A stretch of DNA of 64,000 bases, taken from NCBI GenBank assembly GCA_022813865.1, contig JALDZX010000015.1:62001-126000 (forward strand). The letters are read 5' to 3'. Origin of the DNA: Xylographa opegraphella (taxonomy: Eukaryota). Positions 11,315 through 26,084 of this stretch are shown piece after piece. How positions within the stretch are numbered: the first letter of the stretch is position 1; each line of letters opens with the position of its first letter. A program made the position numbers and the translations under genes. A model generated the notes under the pieces. The model was not told the DNA's origin. It ran no database searches and worked only from the letters and a program-made list of their open reading frames with translations.

Positions 11315-14300
11315 ATGCGTGCCATGATGGGCGGTGCGGTGCTTCCCCGCCGCCTGACACAGCTGTTCGCTGATACGAAGAAATCCTACGAAAATGTGGT
11401 ACAAACTCAGCACAACGGGCCCGAAGCATCATCACTTCATCTCAGGTTACGGATCCAGAAAGATCGATTAATAGCGTGGGGGATCCAATGGAGTGACCGT
11501 TCTACTGTTGCTCAGGCGGGAGATATCGACGGGTCCCTGGACCGAGCAGGGATCAGTGATCTGGTAGCCAGTATCATGTGTTCCATCAGAGATCTGCTCG
11601 ATGAAGCCGAAGGGCTATCATCCTCTCAAACATTGGAAATGCCGGATATTTATGGCGATGTGAAGCTTGTGGGAAAAGCAAGAGAACCATCCTGGACCAT
11701 AAACAGTTTGACAAGACTTCAAGAAATACTCAGAGATCTGACAACTTCCATCGATACCCTGTGTGATCTCTCAAGGCCGCGTGTCGAGGAATGGACTCAA
11801 AGTGGTGCTGCGTCAATAAAGTCTGGCGATATCGATTCTGTCCTCTCTACCAGTTCGACCTTGGTCGACAAGCCACCCTTGCATTCACCTGCCTTCACCG
11901 ATAAGATCTCGTTACGGAGCTCTCATCCGGAGTTGAATGACATGACTGATCGGGCCCGCATCGACGAAAGCAGACTTCGCCTGAGCAACGCAACAACCTA
12001 CCCAACCTCCTCCCCGCCCTCGTACGAATCGGTGGCTACAGGCGCCGAAGACAGAGCACTCGCGTATCTATCGCATCCCCCATTGTACGACACCGTTGGC
12101 AGATCGTCCCTTGATATGAACGGAGAGATGCCGGTTCTTCTGGATTACGGTCCGCATACCCAAGAGAGGAATGCCAAACAGGTAAAGCCAGACGATGTCC
12201 GTTACCAAGAGGTATCGCTTTTCCACAAATCATTGAGAGGTTACCATGGCCTCTTACGTCTGCAGGGATGGACTATTGATACTGACAAGTCTCGGTGTGC
12301 CTATGTTTATGAACTTCCGCCTTCACCTATAATACCTTATATGGCTCATGATAACCTTCAGCCTCGAAGCCTACTATCATTCTTACAGAATGGGGGAGAC
12401 ACTGACACCAACAACATGCCTTGTTTGGAGAATCGATTTCGGCTTGCACTTAATATTGCGGCGTGTATGATGCTTCTTCATGCAAAAGGCATAACACACC
12501 GGAACGTCAACAGTAACAACGTCGTGTTTTTTGTTGATGGCAAGTCTATCGCTAGTGATGAGAAAATCTGGAAGAGTCGTTTGATAAGGACGCCGTATCT
12601 TACAGCATTCCATCAACGAGCTTTGACAACTCCCACACTTGGACCAGACCCGACGTTCGCCAGCATCTACCAACACCCGGGTCTTGGATATAGCAACCAG
12701 GAGAAATACAGTTTCGCGCACGATCAGTACAGTCTGGGCTTGATTCTGCTGGAAATCGGCCTTTGGATGCCTATTGGCAAATTTTGGAAGTCCAAATACA
12801 CCCGACATGATTTCAAAACCAGGCTTCAGGACATATATCTCAAAAAGCTATCTGCTAAGTGTGGGGACGGATACATGAAAGTCGTTCGTCATTGCCTGGC
12901 CGCTGTTGAGAGCGACCTCCTTGGTGATCAAAATGGCCAGCTGGAATCGGAATTCAAGAGCGATATCGAAGTGCAATTTCAGCAGACTATTATCGCTCCC
13001 CTGAAGAGATGCTGCTTGATCGATGATGTCTCAGGTGGCGACATTCACAACTCTCTTGGACCTACAGACAAACACGAAAAGGAGAGACAGCAGAGTCCTA
13101 TTAAGCGTAAACCAGTTCTCAATCAGAATCTGAATCAGGGATTGATAAATCAACCCTCGCTCGATGACCAATCAAGCATTCTCAAGAATTCCGAACGAGA
13201 CGCGTCATTGAGTCATAAAATCAAAGTTTGGTCTCACGACATACCTGCACTATACTCCATGTACTGGGGATCTACAATGTTTCCAAAGCTAGAACGAATA
13301 CTATGCAGAGCTATCAGTCGATGGGAATCTTACACAATTGATCTCTTTATGGCCGGTGAAGATTCAGAAACGGCAAGGCCAATGGTATACATGGAATGCA
13401 CAAGTACTGCAAAGGTCCGGAAAATTCTGCGTCATCTCAATAAAGATCTTCGCTTGTTCGAGATCAAAGTCGTGTCTGGGCAGATCGTTCGATCAAAGGC
13501 TGGCAAAAAGAAGCGTAAAGCAAGCCAGAAGAAACGAGGCATTACAGCTTCTAACTTGCAAAACGGAGGGAATAATGCAGATCGTTTCTCCCATAATCCT
13601 CATTATCAGCAAAAGCCCGTATGCGGCGCTTCAATTGGGGCTTTCCGGAATGGAAGTCACCTCCCACCAGTATCGTTTGGTGGAGCCGTGCTGGTTGATG
13701 GCGAGCCATACGGAATGAGCGTACATCATATGCTTGAGGAGGATGATGAGATAGAATCTGGAGCAAATGACGCGTCTGGCTTCTTCCGCTCCATGGCTCC
13801 ACAGCATGTAAGTCTCGATGTTCATCCTCGGAGAGAAAGAAAGCCGCATGGTATCCTAACACAATATGAGAGTCCCTATCCTTTCGAAGTACCAGAGCCA
13901 GCGGAGACGGTCGATGCATCATCTGAAGGCTATGCGTTTTCTAGCGGATCATCAAGTACGAGTAGCTGTTCTTCCCTATCATCCAGATCTCTCTATCCCT
14001 TTGAAATCTCGGCGGATGACTCTGATGCAGGCCTAAAGTCTGTAGAGGATGACGAGTTCTGGTTATCACCCGAATTCGAAGATCAGCAATCCGCAATTGA
14101 TGAACTTGATGACGAAGATGGTCCCGAATTGGGTGATACGGTCGGTATCGTTGTAGGTTCGGGCGACAATCTCGTCGTCACTCAGCCGGCAATCGATGAT
14201 GTAGACCAAGGGTTCTTTCCATCGGACGACGACAGAGACGAAGAGCACCTGTGCTCGCATACACTAGGTCATATTCACGCTTCGTCGGGCATTAGGAGAT

Positions 14301-15348
14301 CGAGAAGGGATAATCTCATTCATGAGGTTGATTGGGCATTGATCAAGATCAATGAACAGCGAAGCCAAGCGTGTAATCTTGTGCAAGGGGGAGGGCGATT
14401 TTGCAAACGCACATCTGGCGACAAAAGCGTCAGCCTGGACTCGCATCCATTCAAGGTGATGAAGGCCAGCGAGCTGGGGGGGCTCCAGGTGCATGCCTCT
14501 GGACGAACGAGCGGTCTTCAGACAGGCATGATACTACCCGCGATGCGGATGGTTCGGATGCCGGGTCGTAGCTTCGCGTCCCATAGCTGGCAGGTACGAG
14601 GCGACTTTGGCGGTAAGTAGTCCACGTCCACTCCATGTTCTACTTTCCCATCATTTGTAATGGCTTTAGCGGCACTCTTCCGACGGTCCGCACTCATCAT
14701 CTTCTCTGTCCGACCTGCTTTTGGCTGCAGATTCCTCGATATTACATGATGACTGAACTGATGCTCGAAATAGGAGGCGGTGATTCTGGTGCGTGGGTTT
14801 TCGACAACGCAACCGGCTACGTCTGCGGTCATGTCCTCGCCTATTCTTCTGCCAGTGGCGTTGCTTACATTGCACCGATGGAGGTTCTTCTCGACGATAT
14901 GGCTGCTACCCTTGGCGCAGCTGTCACCCTTCCAAGTCCATCCCTTGAAGCTCAACAATCCCCACGGCTCGCGGCAGAACCGCTCTCCAGGAATTCCAGT
15001 TGCCTGATACCGTCAAATCCCGCCAGATACAAGCAAGTAAGCTCCTCCCCTTGCACAAGGGCACGACAAGGATGTACATCACCACCGCTTCCAACATCTC
15101 CGCCCGCTCTCGTACATGAAATGAGCGGGCTTAATCTGACCGAGTTAATTACGGATAATTCACGAAGGTTGCCCTTAGCTCCACATGATAGGAGCTTCGA
15201 GACGGCTTCAAAACGGCTCGCTGAGGACAGCCCTTCGAAGCGCCATAGCGGGGATTCCGCATCAGGAGTTCGAACCGGAGGAGCCGTGGCTGGTCCATCG
15301 ACTGAGAGGGCGGGTATCCCTCGGGGAGCTCGCTTAATAAAAACATGA
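11315..15348 (+). CDS. Multidomain protein of ~1290 aa: HeLo/HET-s-like N-terminus, kinase-fold (pseudokinase) domain, trypsin-like serine protease domain; intron 14613-14773
   Basis: N-terminal [17 protein letters not shown] is HeLo-like. Kinase motifs are [25 protein letters not shown] and [15 protein letters not shown]. Protease motifs are SVHHML, DWALIKI, GRTSG and GDSGAWV, the last restored by splicing. Confidence 0.8.
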
Positions 15349-16211
15349 CGAAGAAGTTTGGCATTATCTGCTGTCACCTTCGTCCGGATGTGTACAGAAT
15401 CCGAACAAGGAAAGTGAGGGGGTATGGCGAGGAGCATAAGCTGAACTGTCATGGATTGGTTCCCGGGATTGGAACAATAACAGGCGTGTGGCGTTAGAAT
15501 ATTGAGAACATTATACGTGCAAGAGCGTTCGATTGTAAATATGCTTATATCTTACGTACCACCACGAAGTTTCATGCTATGTCTATACACGTGCGCGCCT
15601 ATATACTCTTCGTATCACGGAGACATTATGCACAAGACCCCATAATTTCGTCTGATTAGTCGATGGAGTCTATCGACTCGGCGCCCATGCAGGGATTACA
15701 TGAACGAGTGCTCCTATGACATCTTTGGATAAGTACTTTGTTTTAGTCTGCCTCATATCGTCGACAGGAACTAAAGCAGCTGACTTTTGAAAAAGGTGTC
15801 ATGTCTGTGGGTTTTTGTGAAGCTTCTCGTTCCTTAAAGATTATTAGGTTTCCGAACAAGCAGCAGCAGCCAGCCGATACTTGAAGCTACGGATGTTGGA
15901 TTTAGGTCCGTAGGCTTCGAGAATATCCGAAGACATCGTTGGGCTTGGACGCTCCTTTCAATATAGCTGAGTATTTATTTAGATTTTCGACTCACCGCCA
16001 GACCCCCGCTAGTTAAGCGAAATCTGGGGAAAGGTCGAGATCCATTTTGCGTTACGTCATATCCGAGGTCTAGAACTGCCACTCCGCTATGTCATAGCAT
16101 TCCATACTGGAGCACTATGCTCCGCTTATGGAGTGAAGACGATGTTGATGCTTCACTAAGTAGCCAGAGAACTACCTAGTGCCTTTGTATTTTCTCTTGG
16201 TATGAGCAGTG

Positions 16212-17971
16212 ATGGCTCAGCTATACAACAGCCAGCTGGTATGTAAGGAAAGCACAGTTTCCAACAAAGTTAACGAAAATAGGATGCATTCGCTCTATAC
16301 CACAAAATACACGAGCCAGATGAGACTGTATCAATCCTAGGAGGTCCTGCATTGCCTGCCGTTGGCCATGCAATCGCTGGCTCTACGGGTGCCGCCATCT
16401 CTAATATTCTCACATATCCACTCGATCTAATAATCACCCGCCGTCAAATACAACGCCAGCTAAGGAAAAAATCTTCTTCGGTGGGTGAGGGGGAATATAG
16501 ATCCATCGTTGATGCGGCATCTAAGATATACGCCAACGAAGGCGGCCTCGCCGGTCTTTACACTGGCCTCCTTCAAGACACGGCCAAAACCGTAGCCGAT
16601 TCCTTTCTTTTCTTCCTGGCATACAATTTCCTTCGCCAGTCACGGCTGCGATCGCAGAAGAACGCTAGCAAGCATTTACCGGTTTTTGACGAGCTAAGCG
16701 TGGGGTTCCTGGCGGGTGCGTTTGCGAAGCTCCTCACGACTCCTATTTCGAATGTCGTGACCCGCATGCAGACCTCGTCCATGCTCGATGCGCGCGGCGG
16801 AGAGAACAAGGCCCGAAGCTCTGCGACGGTGGGCTCGATAGCAGCGCAGATCCGCTCGGAGAAGGGCTGGCTGGGCTTTTGGTCAGGATACTCCGCCTCC
16901 TTGGTCCTGACGCTCAACCCGTCGTTGACTTTCTTCCTCTTCGAAGCATTCAAACGCGGGCTTCTGCCTCGAGCCCAACGAACCGATCCATCCCCTTCTG
17001 CAACGTTCTTGCTCGCCGCCGTCAGTAAAGCCATCGCCTCAACGATCACATATCCCTTCTCCCTCGCCAAGACGCGAGCGCAGGTATCCTCCAACGTGGT
17101 AGACCAAAATCACGACGAGGTGAAGGATACCGTCGAGACCGCTTCCAACGGGACCACCGGCGGCACTCGCGCGGGCAGAGCCGCCGCTCGGAGAACGGTG
17201 TTCAGCACCATCATCCACATTGCGCAAACGGAAGGCATCGCGGCGCTCTACGAAGGCCTCGGCGGAGAAGTCATGAAAGGCTTCTTCAGCCACGGCATCA
17301 CCATGCTCGTCAAAGACATCGTCCACACATTCATCCTCCGGCTCTACTCCACCATCCTGAAACTCTTAAAGCGCTCCCCCACCGCTCCGCAGCTCGTGCA
17401 AACAACAAAGGACCAAGCGGCCCACTCCCTGGGGTCCCTGAAATCCGGTATCACCGCCACCCAGCAAAAAGGCCAAGAACTGATGGAAAGAGGCTCCGCA
17501 CACGCCTCCGACACCTACGCAGCCGCCAGATCCACAGCTCACGACTCCGCCGCCTCGTTGCAAGACAGACTATCCTCCTCCGCCGCCCAGGCTTCCCACG
17601 CTGCCACAGCCGCATATGCCACGACCCGCGACCTCGGCGCATCGGCCTTCGCCACCACGACGGCAAACGGCACCGCCGCCATGCAAGCGACCATGAAGTC
17701 CGCGAAGTCCGCGCTGGCTGCTCCCTCCACCGCCGCCATGGACGCTTCCAAGCCAACCCGCGATGCTGCCCGTAACGCCCTCCACGGCGCTGGGGAAAGC
17801 GTCACGGCGGCCGTGCCCCCCGCGCCGGTGAGAGACCGCGCCGAGCAGGTCGCGGACGAGGCGGTGCGGTGGGCGGGGTCGGTTGTTGGGTATGGGGACC
17901 GTGGGACGGAGGAGGGGGGGGGGGGGNGCGGGTCGCGTAAGGTGGGTGTGGAAGGGGGAGGGGGAGGGTGA
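16212..17971 (+). CDS. ANT1: Peroxisomal adenine nucleotide transporter (SLC25, Ant1/PMP47-like) with an Ala-rich C-terminal extension; intron 16239-16282
   Basis: Begins MAQLYNSQL|DAFALYH...GPALPAVGHAIAG. Three carrier repeats: YPLDLIITR, TPISNVVTR, YPFSLAKTR. The 3' end is uncertain because of a G13 run and an N at 17927. Confidence 0.85.
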
Positions 17972-18537
17972 GAGGTAGGCGGGCTTAGAGTATCGTGGGG
18001 GTTTTTGGCTGGTGTGAGTGAATACGGAGGGGGAGGGTGCGGAGACCATGTACATGTAGGCAATAAAAGGAGAATTGAGGGCGGGGTGAGGGCGAAGTGT
18101 GGAATCGAGGGGGATGTGTATGTATGTATGTCTGTGTGTGTTTGCAAGGCCAATGGCAATGGGTTTCGTGGTAGTGTTTCTGCCCCGGGCGGCATTTCAC
18201 AGCGTCTCATGCGCCCGCTGTGGTCGACAGCGGATGAAAGCCCAGCTGGCCGTTTCGTGACGGGGATAGTTATGGCGGGGGGTCTTTCACTATATATAAT
18301 CACAGCACGTCATCAAGCAGACAGACTGTGTGTATTCGTGCCTAGTTGCAAGCATATGATTGCGCCTACCAGGCCAAGTCAGAGAAGAACAAATGCTACC
18401 TTGCCCCCCCTCAACGCCAACCAGCCCCTAGCCTTCGATCATCCACTGCTTAGCCCCTACTTCGCTGACTGAATGCTCCATCGCTTCGCCCCACAAGAGG
18501 GCCGAACCATCTGTTCATCCGGATCCATGCAGCCACT

Positions 18538-19194
<657 letters not shown>

Positions 19195-20162
19195 GTTGGT
19201 AGTAGTTTAGAAAGCGGAGTGAAGAGGAATGATGATGATATTCCGATATCAAATCGATGAAATTGATGAAATACCGTGTGAGAACCAGCAGTGGAAAAGT
19301 GTGGAAAGCGGAGGTTGTAGAGGAGAAGAAGGAAAGGACGGGGGAAAGGCGCTGTTATGAGGGCAGGGCGGCGAGGGAGTGATTGCGAGACACGAGCCAG
19401 GCCGCTAAGCCGGGTTGGGCGGCGCAAGATGGCATCTGGAGAAGTGGAAGCGGGGCGCCTGCCTAGCCGGCAAAGCAAGAAAGAAGAAAATGCTCTCTCT
19501 TCGACGTGTCGGAAAGCGGTCTCCTTTTGGCGCGGCTTTTTGCTGTTGCGTTTTGGCGGAGAGTTGATCGTGATGCGCTTGTTAGCGTGCTGGCGGCTCG
19601 GGAAAGCAATCTTCCGCCATTCTCGGAAAGCTTGGCGCTTCGTGAGCTCCATTCGTTGTAACTCCATATAGAATCATCTGGAATTTCCAGGCCATCGAAA
19701 CCATTCTTGCATTCTTCTGGCATTGTTCGAGCGACGCAAGAACATGCCACTTGCAAAGGATAAAATAAGTACTCATCGGGGGCCATCGGGCAAGGGCGTG
19801 AGCTGGTTCAATAGCACTAAAAGCTGGTGGACCGCTACATCCAGCGCCGTGTTTGGTAATTCGGCACTCCATGGTATGCCGGACAATATTTACAGGATAC
19901 GGCAGTGTTCTTGCGGTAAGAAGGCTGGCGAAGGGGCTTCAGCATACTGAGCTTGTAACCGAGAAGACCACAAGCAGATCACTCAACAACGTACTACGAG
20001 TTCTGCCAATGAAGGTTCTGAAGTCAGATAGAGCACAAGCGATGTCTATCATGCAAAACTTGCTTTTCTTGCCTGCATCGACTACGCACTACTCGAATAA
20101 CCCCGAGTTATACCAATGTGAGTCCACCCAGCCTGGACTTCCGCCCCAGTGTCCGGATTCTT

Positions 20163-21211
20163 TCAAATGTGAAGCGGCTGGTTGAGGTCTACTCTGTCTC
20201 CTACCGACAGTTGAGGTATCTGCTGGTACTTTTGCTTCAGCAGTTGCCTGGTATTCTGCAGCACCTGCAACACGTTAGCCGAGCCACTGCAAGCCCATCA
20301 CTTGAGAGTACCTCTACGTAGGATGGATTCGGGTTGCTTTGCATGACCTGGAGGAACGACCAGGACATGGCTCCGACATGTTCACCTGCAATATTCGCAT
20401 CTGCTGAGGTCTGATCATCCTTGCAGCCGGAGTACATGAAAACGCGTCTGTGTTCGTCCTTCCAGTCTTCGACAAAATGCTCCTCGCCCAACCCTTCTTG
20501 CTGAGGCTCGCCGCGGTGTTTCAATCCTTGAAAGAAGGATTGTGCGCCGGCCAGCAATTGCTTAGCGTCATTCACCTTGCTCATTGAGAACCCACCTTGA
20601 AGCAGGTGCTGTGCTGCTTGAGCGAGGTGCAGACCCTCCTTGACACTGTCGACTAGTGTGACGTTGCCATCTGCGTCGGAGCGGTACACATATGGCAATT
20701 CGATTGCCGAGCCACTGTGGCAACAATCGAACACAACAAAGAGCGAGCTGCTAGGTGGAAGCTTAGACACAAGGCGTTTATGTAGCGTATCGCTGTCGAT
20801 CTGGCCATTTTGTTCAAAGTCCACCGGCACAATAGTGTCGTCGAATCCGGATGCCCTGTCGCCATCTGGATCTCGGACTTGTCCGCCGTGTCCAGAATAA
20901 TGTAGAAAACAACAACAGTTTGGCTCGCTGACAAGCCAGTCCATTGCAGCAAGCATATTGTGGCCGGAGGGATAAAACGGGCCTTGGTGTGCATCAGTAA
21001 GGATGACCTGGTTATACTGATCTGTTGGGTAGCCGCGGGTTGTCAGAAAGCGCTGCATGTTCGCCACATCCTGTTGGCAACCGCGAAGAGCATGCTGGCT
21101 CCCTGTATAGTTGATGCCGATCAAGAGAGATTTACGGCGCATAGGAGGCGGTTGATAAGATTGGTATTGCTGATATGGCTGATATGGAGGCTCATACGGT
21201 GGTTGATACAT
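20163..21211 (-). CDS. Metacaspase (peptidase C14) with a short Q/P/Y-rich N-terminus; intron 20265-20311
   Basis: Contains KSLLIGINY, LRGCQQDV, HYSGHGG and DCCHSG (His-Cys dyad), SGCKDDQTSAD, GAMSWSF and C-terminal YQQIPQLS. Confidence 0.93.
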
Positions 21212-21786
21212 TCTGTCGACCTGGCGTTCTACCGGTATTGACTGAGCAAAGGCGACTCGATCTTTTTACCCAAGGAGCCCACTACTGAAAGCACGATTCG
21301 CTGTCGAACTGATTACCAAATGTAGTGTGGTAGCATAGCCGTACCGGAGGCTTACAGCTTGGAAAGGCTCTAGATACTGTGTTGATGGCCAAAAAGACTG
21401 GCTTGAACTTTTAATGCTACCGTACGCTTCTCAACCTAATGCATCAGCCAGTCTTCAACAAGGGTGACATAGATTTTCATGAAGCCTCAAACAGCAAAGA
21501 CCTAGACATTCGTTATCTGATCTTGAGATGGCGTTGATTCGCTTGATTTGGTCTAGGTCGCCTTGGCAAGTGACAACCAATCAGGGGCCGACGGCGAACA
21601 GTTCTCAAACGCTCAACAATCCTCGCACTCTTGCGAGACGCCTCAAGCTAAATCTACAGCACTAATTGCAGACGTTGAGACATCGTTCGATCTTTGCAGA
21701 CACACTATTTCTTCTTCCGCGCCGGGCTCATCTGGCACGACGGCGAGAGGACGGTGGTGAGGCCGCGGGCTTTCCCCTTCTCCATC

Positions 21787-23300
<1,514 letters not shown>

Positions 23301-24941
23301 ACCGGTAACCTCCCGTCTGTTCTTCTATCTGTGCAATATTCTCGTCGATGCATCCATTCCAACACGAATTTCTAGAAAGACACGAATCATAAAGCCGCCA
23401 GGGAAACTGTATCATAGACGACGGTTTCTTCGAAATCAGCACATCCAAAATCTATCATCCTTCTAATATTTTCAACCCCCCCGGGCCAAACTTCCCGGTC
23501 CTCCCACATTTCTGCCGAAAAGATATCACTTTTCATCGTTCATAACAGCGGCGTTTCGGGGTATTTTTGTCCAGCCATCTCGTCGACATTTTCTTAATCA
23601 CCTCCGTACGAAGCATGAGAGCGCCAGTCAAGCGCTGATGGCGCGCGCAAGGCGCTGCGGTGGGGTCTGGGGTAGAGGGGTCGGGGTGAGGGCGAGGGTG
23701 AGGGTGAGGGTGCGACTTGTACATACTATAGGTAGCTCTCAATACGACCGGCTCCGCTGGCGGGGACGCGAGCCGGGGTATACGAACGTCCTGTTTCCGT
23801 GTCGGCTGTAAGAATTCTTTGTTGGTCCTCGTCGTCATTGTCCGCTTTCCATGCTTGCGGGATCTTCTGCCCTGGTGGATCTATCGTATCGTTGGCATCG
23901 TGCCACCGAAGCTTCCTTTCTTCGTCCTTTTCTCGTCTCCTCCTCTCACCTCCTCCTTCTCCACCACCCACGCCTCTACGCCTCCACGCGTCTCCTCTGT
24001 CCGCCTGCCCAAACCCCCCGCCAGCCCCAGCCCCAGCTCCACAGCACACCACCTAACCCCCCCCCAACTCCACCCCAGCCCAGCTCCTTGAATCTACCTC
24101 CCCACCAACGTAGCGCCACCAACGCAGGGACCAACACAGACACAGACACCGACACACACCCACAGGACACACATGCATGCACACACGCACGACCAAAGCC
24201 CGATCTCGATCCCGGATCCGATCCGATGTCCAAAGGAGCGGTCAGCCTGCAAGGGAGTGAGGCCGCAGCAGCGGTGTCGGGGCGTGTGTCAGGGTGCGGG
24301 ACATACCGACCTTACCTTACCTCACAGCGGTCGGTGGTGGGGAAATATGCAGGGCCGGTTGCTACAGGCGAACGGGGGGGAAGGAAGGAGGAGGAGGAGG
24401 AGGAGGTGGGGCTTTTTGCTCGAGCGGGATGAGTCGGGGATACGGAGTGAAGGAAGGGGGGGATTAGGTCACCGCGTACATACCCACAGCCCATGGAAGC
24501 CAAAGAGTGGACAGACTGGTCAAAACGGGCAAACCCCCCGAGGGGAAGGGGGGGGGTTCCGGTACCTGAATATTGCATTGCATTGTATGTGCGGTGGGAC
24601 GCTGTCTGCAGCGTCCTATATACCTACTATAAGCCATCATTGCGTACCTCCGCCGTCGCAGTTCCCCTGATTAGTGTTACAACAGTCCTCCGCCCTGAAC
24701 AGCCTTAAAAAAGCTCTGAAGACCGCGCGGATCCAAAGAGGGCCACCTCGCCAGCCTGAAATGGAACAGCGTTTTACCGAAAGGCCGGATACAGCAACGC
24801 CGGCGCTGATGCTGGGTTACAGAATACAGACGTAGAAGAAAAAAGGTCCCGAAAATGAGTCCTCGAGCATGGACTACCAAGCGGGATAGTCCAGCCCCAT
24901 ATCATACACCCTCACCTGGTCAGGATGCATCTTGCAAGCTC

Positions 24942-26084
24942 TCAGAAAGGGGGAAGAGTGCCCGGCCCATCTATCGCATTGACTAGAGCCTCCACGCTGG
25001 CCGGCTCCATCGTGAACTTCGACGCCAGTGTCTTCTCGAGAATAGTAACGAGCGCCTCTGCGTCCCAGGGCTTCATCACCAGGCCGCCGGCATGGATCCG
25101 CGCGAACGCGGTCACGAGTGCGCTGGCGTTCCAGGGTTGGATCTTCGGGTGTGCGGCCTGGACCTTCTCGAACGAGCGGATGATCTTCGCAATGCCGGCG
25201 TGCCACAGGCCCACGATCTCGAGGGTGCGCACCAGCACGCCGTTCGGGCCGTCGAGCCAGCGGCGGCATAGGGCGGAGTCGTACCAGGCCTCGAAGTGCG
25301 GGACCGAGTAGTGGCAGTTCGAGGCTTCGCAGTGGCGCGCAGTGGGGGAATGGGGGCGGGTGGTTGACTGGACGTGAATGGCACTATGAGAGGGCTCAGG
25401 TTGGCTTAGCTTGGGGACAGTGCTGTCGTTGGTGTGCTGGCTAGGCTGCTCTTCGTATCGGTATATGGCGTGGGTGTCCAGCTTGTGTCTTGCAGTAGTA
25501 GGGTTTTGTTGGAGGTCAACAATTTTTTGCTCCAGCGCCATACTGTAAGAGAGCTCCGCGTTCAGCCGGAGCACCAATGCCATGATGAAGGCATTAGCCC
25601 GGGCGAGGATCTCATTCTTTGCTGGCTCGTCGCGGTACTTCGACTTCACATTCATGTAGCATTCCGAATGCGTCAGGCTCCGGAGTTGCTGAATACAGGC
25701 GTTCTCGATGTTGCGGCGGTCGCGCTCCGATTCTTTGTGAGCCTTACGACTCTCTTCTTTCCTGTAGCCATCTTTTCTGACCGATTTGTCTGCTATCTCA
25801 CGGTTGTCCCAAAAGGTAAGGCTTTGACAATCGACACTACTGCTAGGTAACGTGCAGCTTGTGGGGCAGAGCGAGCTATATTCCGGAGCTTTGCCTGTCG
25901 TGGAGCTGCTCAGGGAGGAGGAACTGCTGGGTCGGTACCTCGTGGAGTAGGACCATGCGTTCTCACTACTGTACATCTCCCTACTTTCATTTCGACACCT
26001 TCGTTGTTCTTGACTCTCACTGGACGATGGCTGACCATGATATGGCATCGAGGTTGCATCGTGTTCATAGCGGTCAATATTCAT
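24942..26084 (-). CDS. Divergent bHLH-domain protein with an uncharacterised C-terminal repeat region
   Basis: Long single ORF; the first ATG is at 26084. The basic region RKAHKESERDRR fits the H-E-R pattern. It is followed by helix 1 (NACIQQLRSL) and helix 2 (AKNEILARANAFIMAL). Confidence 0.65.
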   Translation of the reverse strand: MNIDRYEHDATSMPYHGQPSSSESQEQRRCRNESREMYSSENAWSYSTRYRPSSSSSLSSSTTGKAPEYSSLCPTSCTLPSSSVDCQSLTFWDNREIADKSVRKDGYRKEESRKAHKESERDRRNIENACIQQLRSLTHSECYMNVKSKYRDEPAKNEILARANAFIMALVLRLNAELSYSMALEQKIVDLQQNPTTARHKLDTHAIYRYEEQPSQHTNDSTVPKLSQPEPSHSAIHVQSTTRPHSPTARHCEASNCHYSVPHFEAWYDSALCRRWLDGPNGVLVRTLEIVGLWHAGIAKIIRSFEKVQAAHPKIQPWNASALVTAFARIHAGGLVMKPWDAEALVTILEKTLASKFTMEPASVEALVNAIDGPGTLPPF

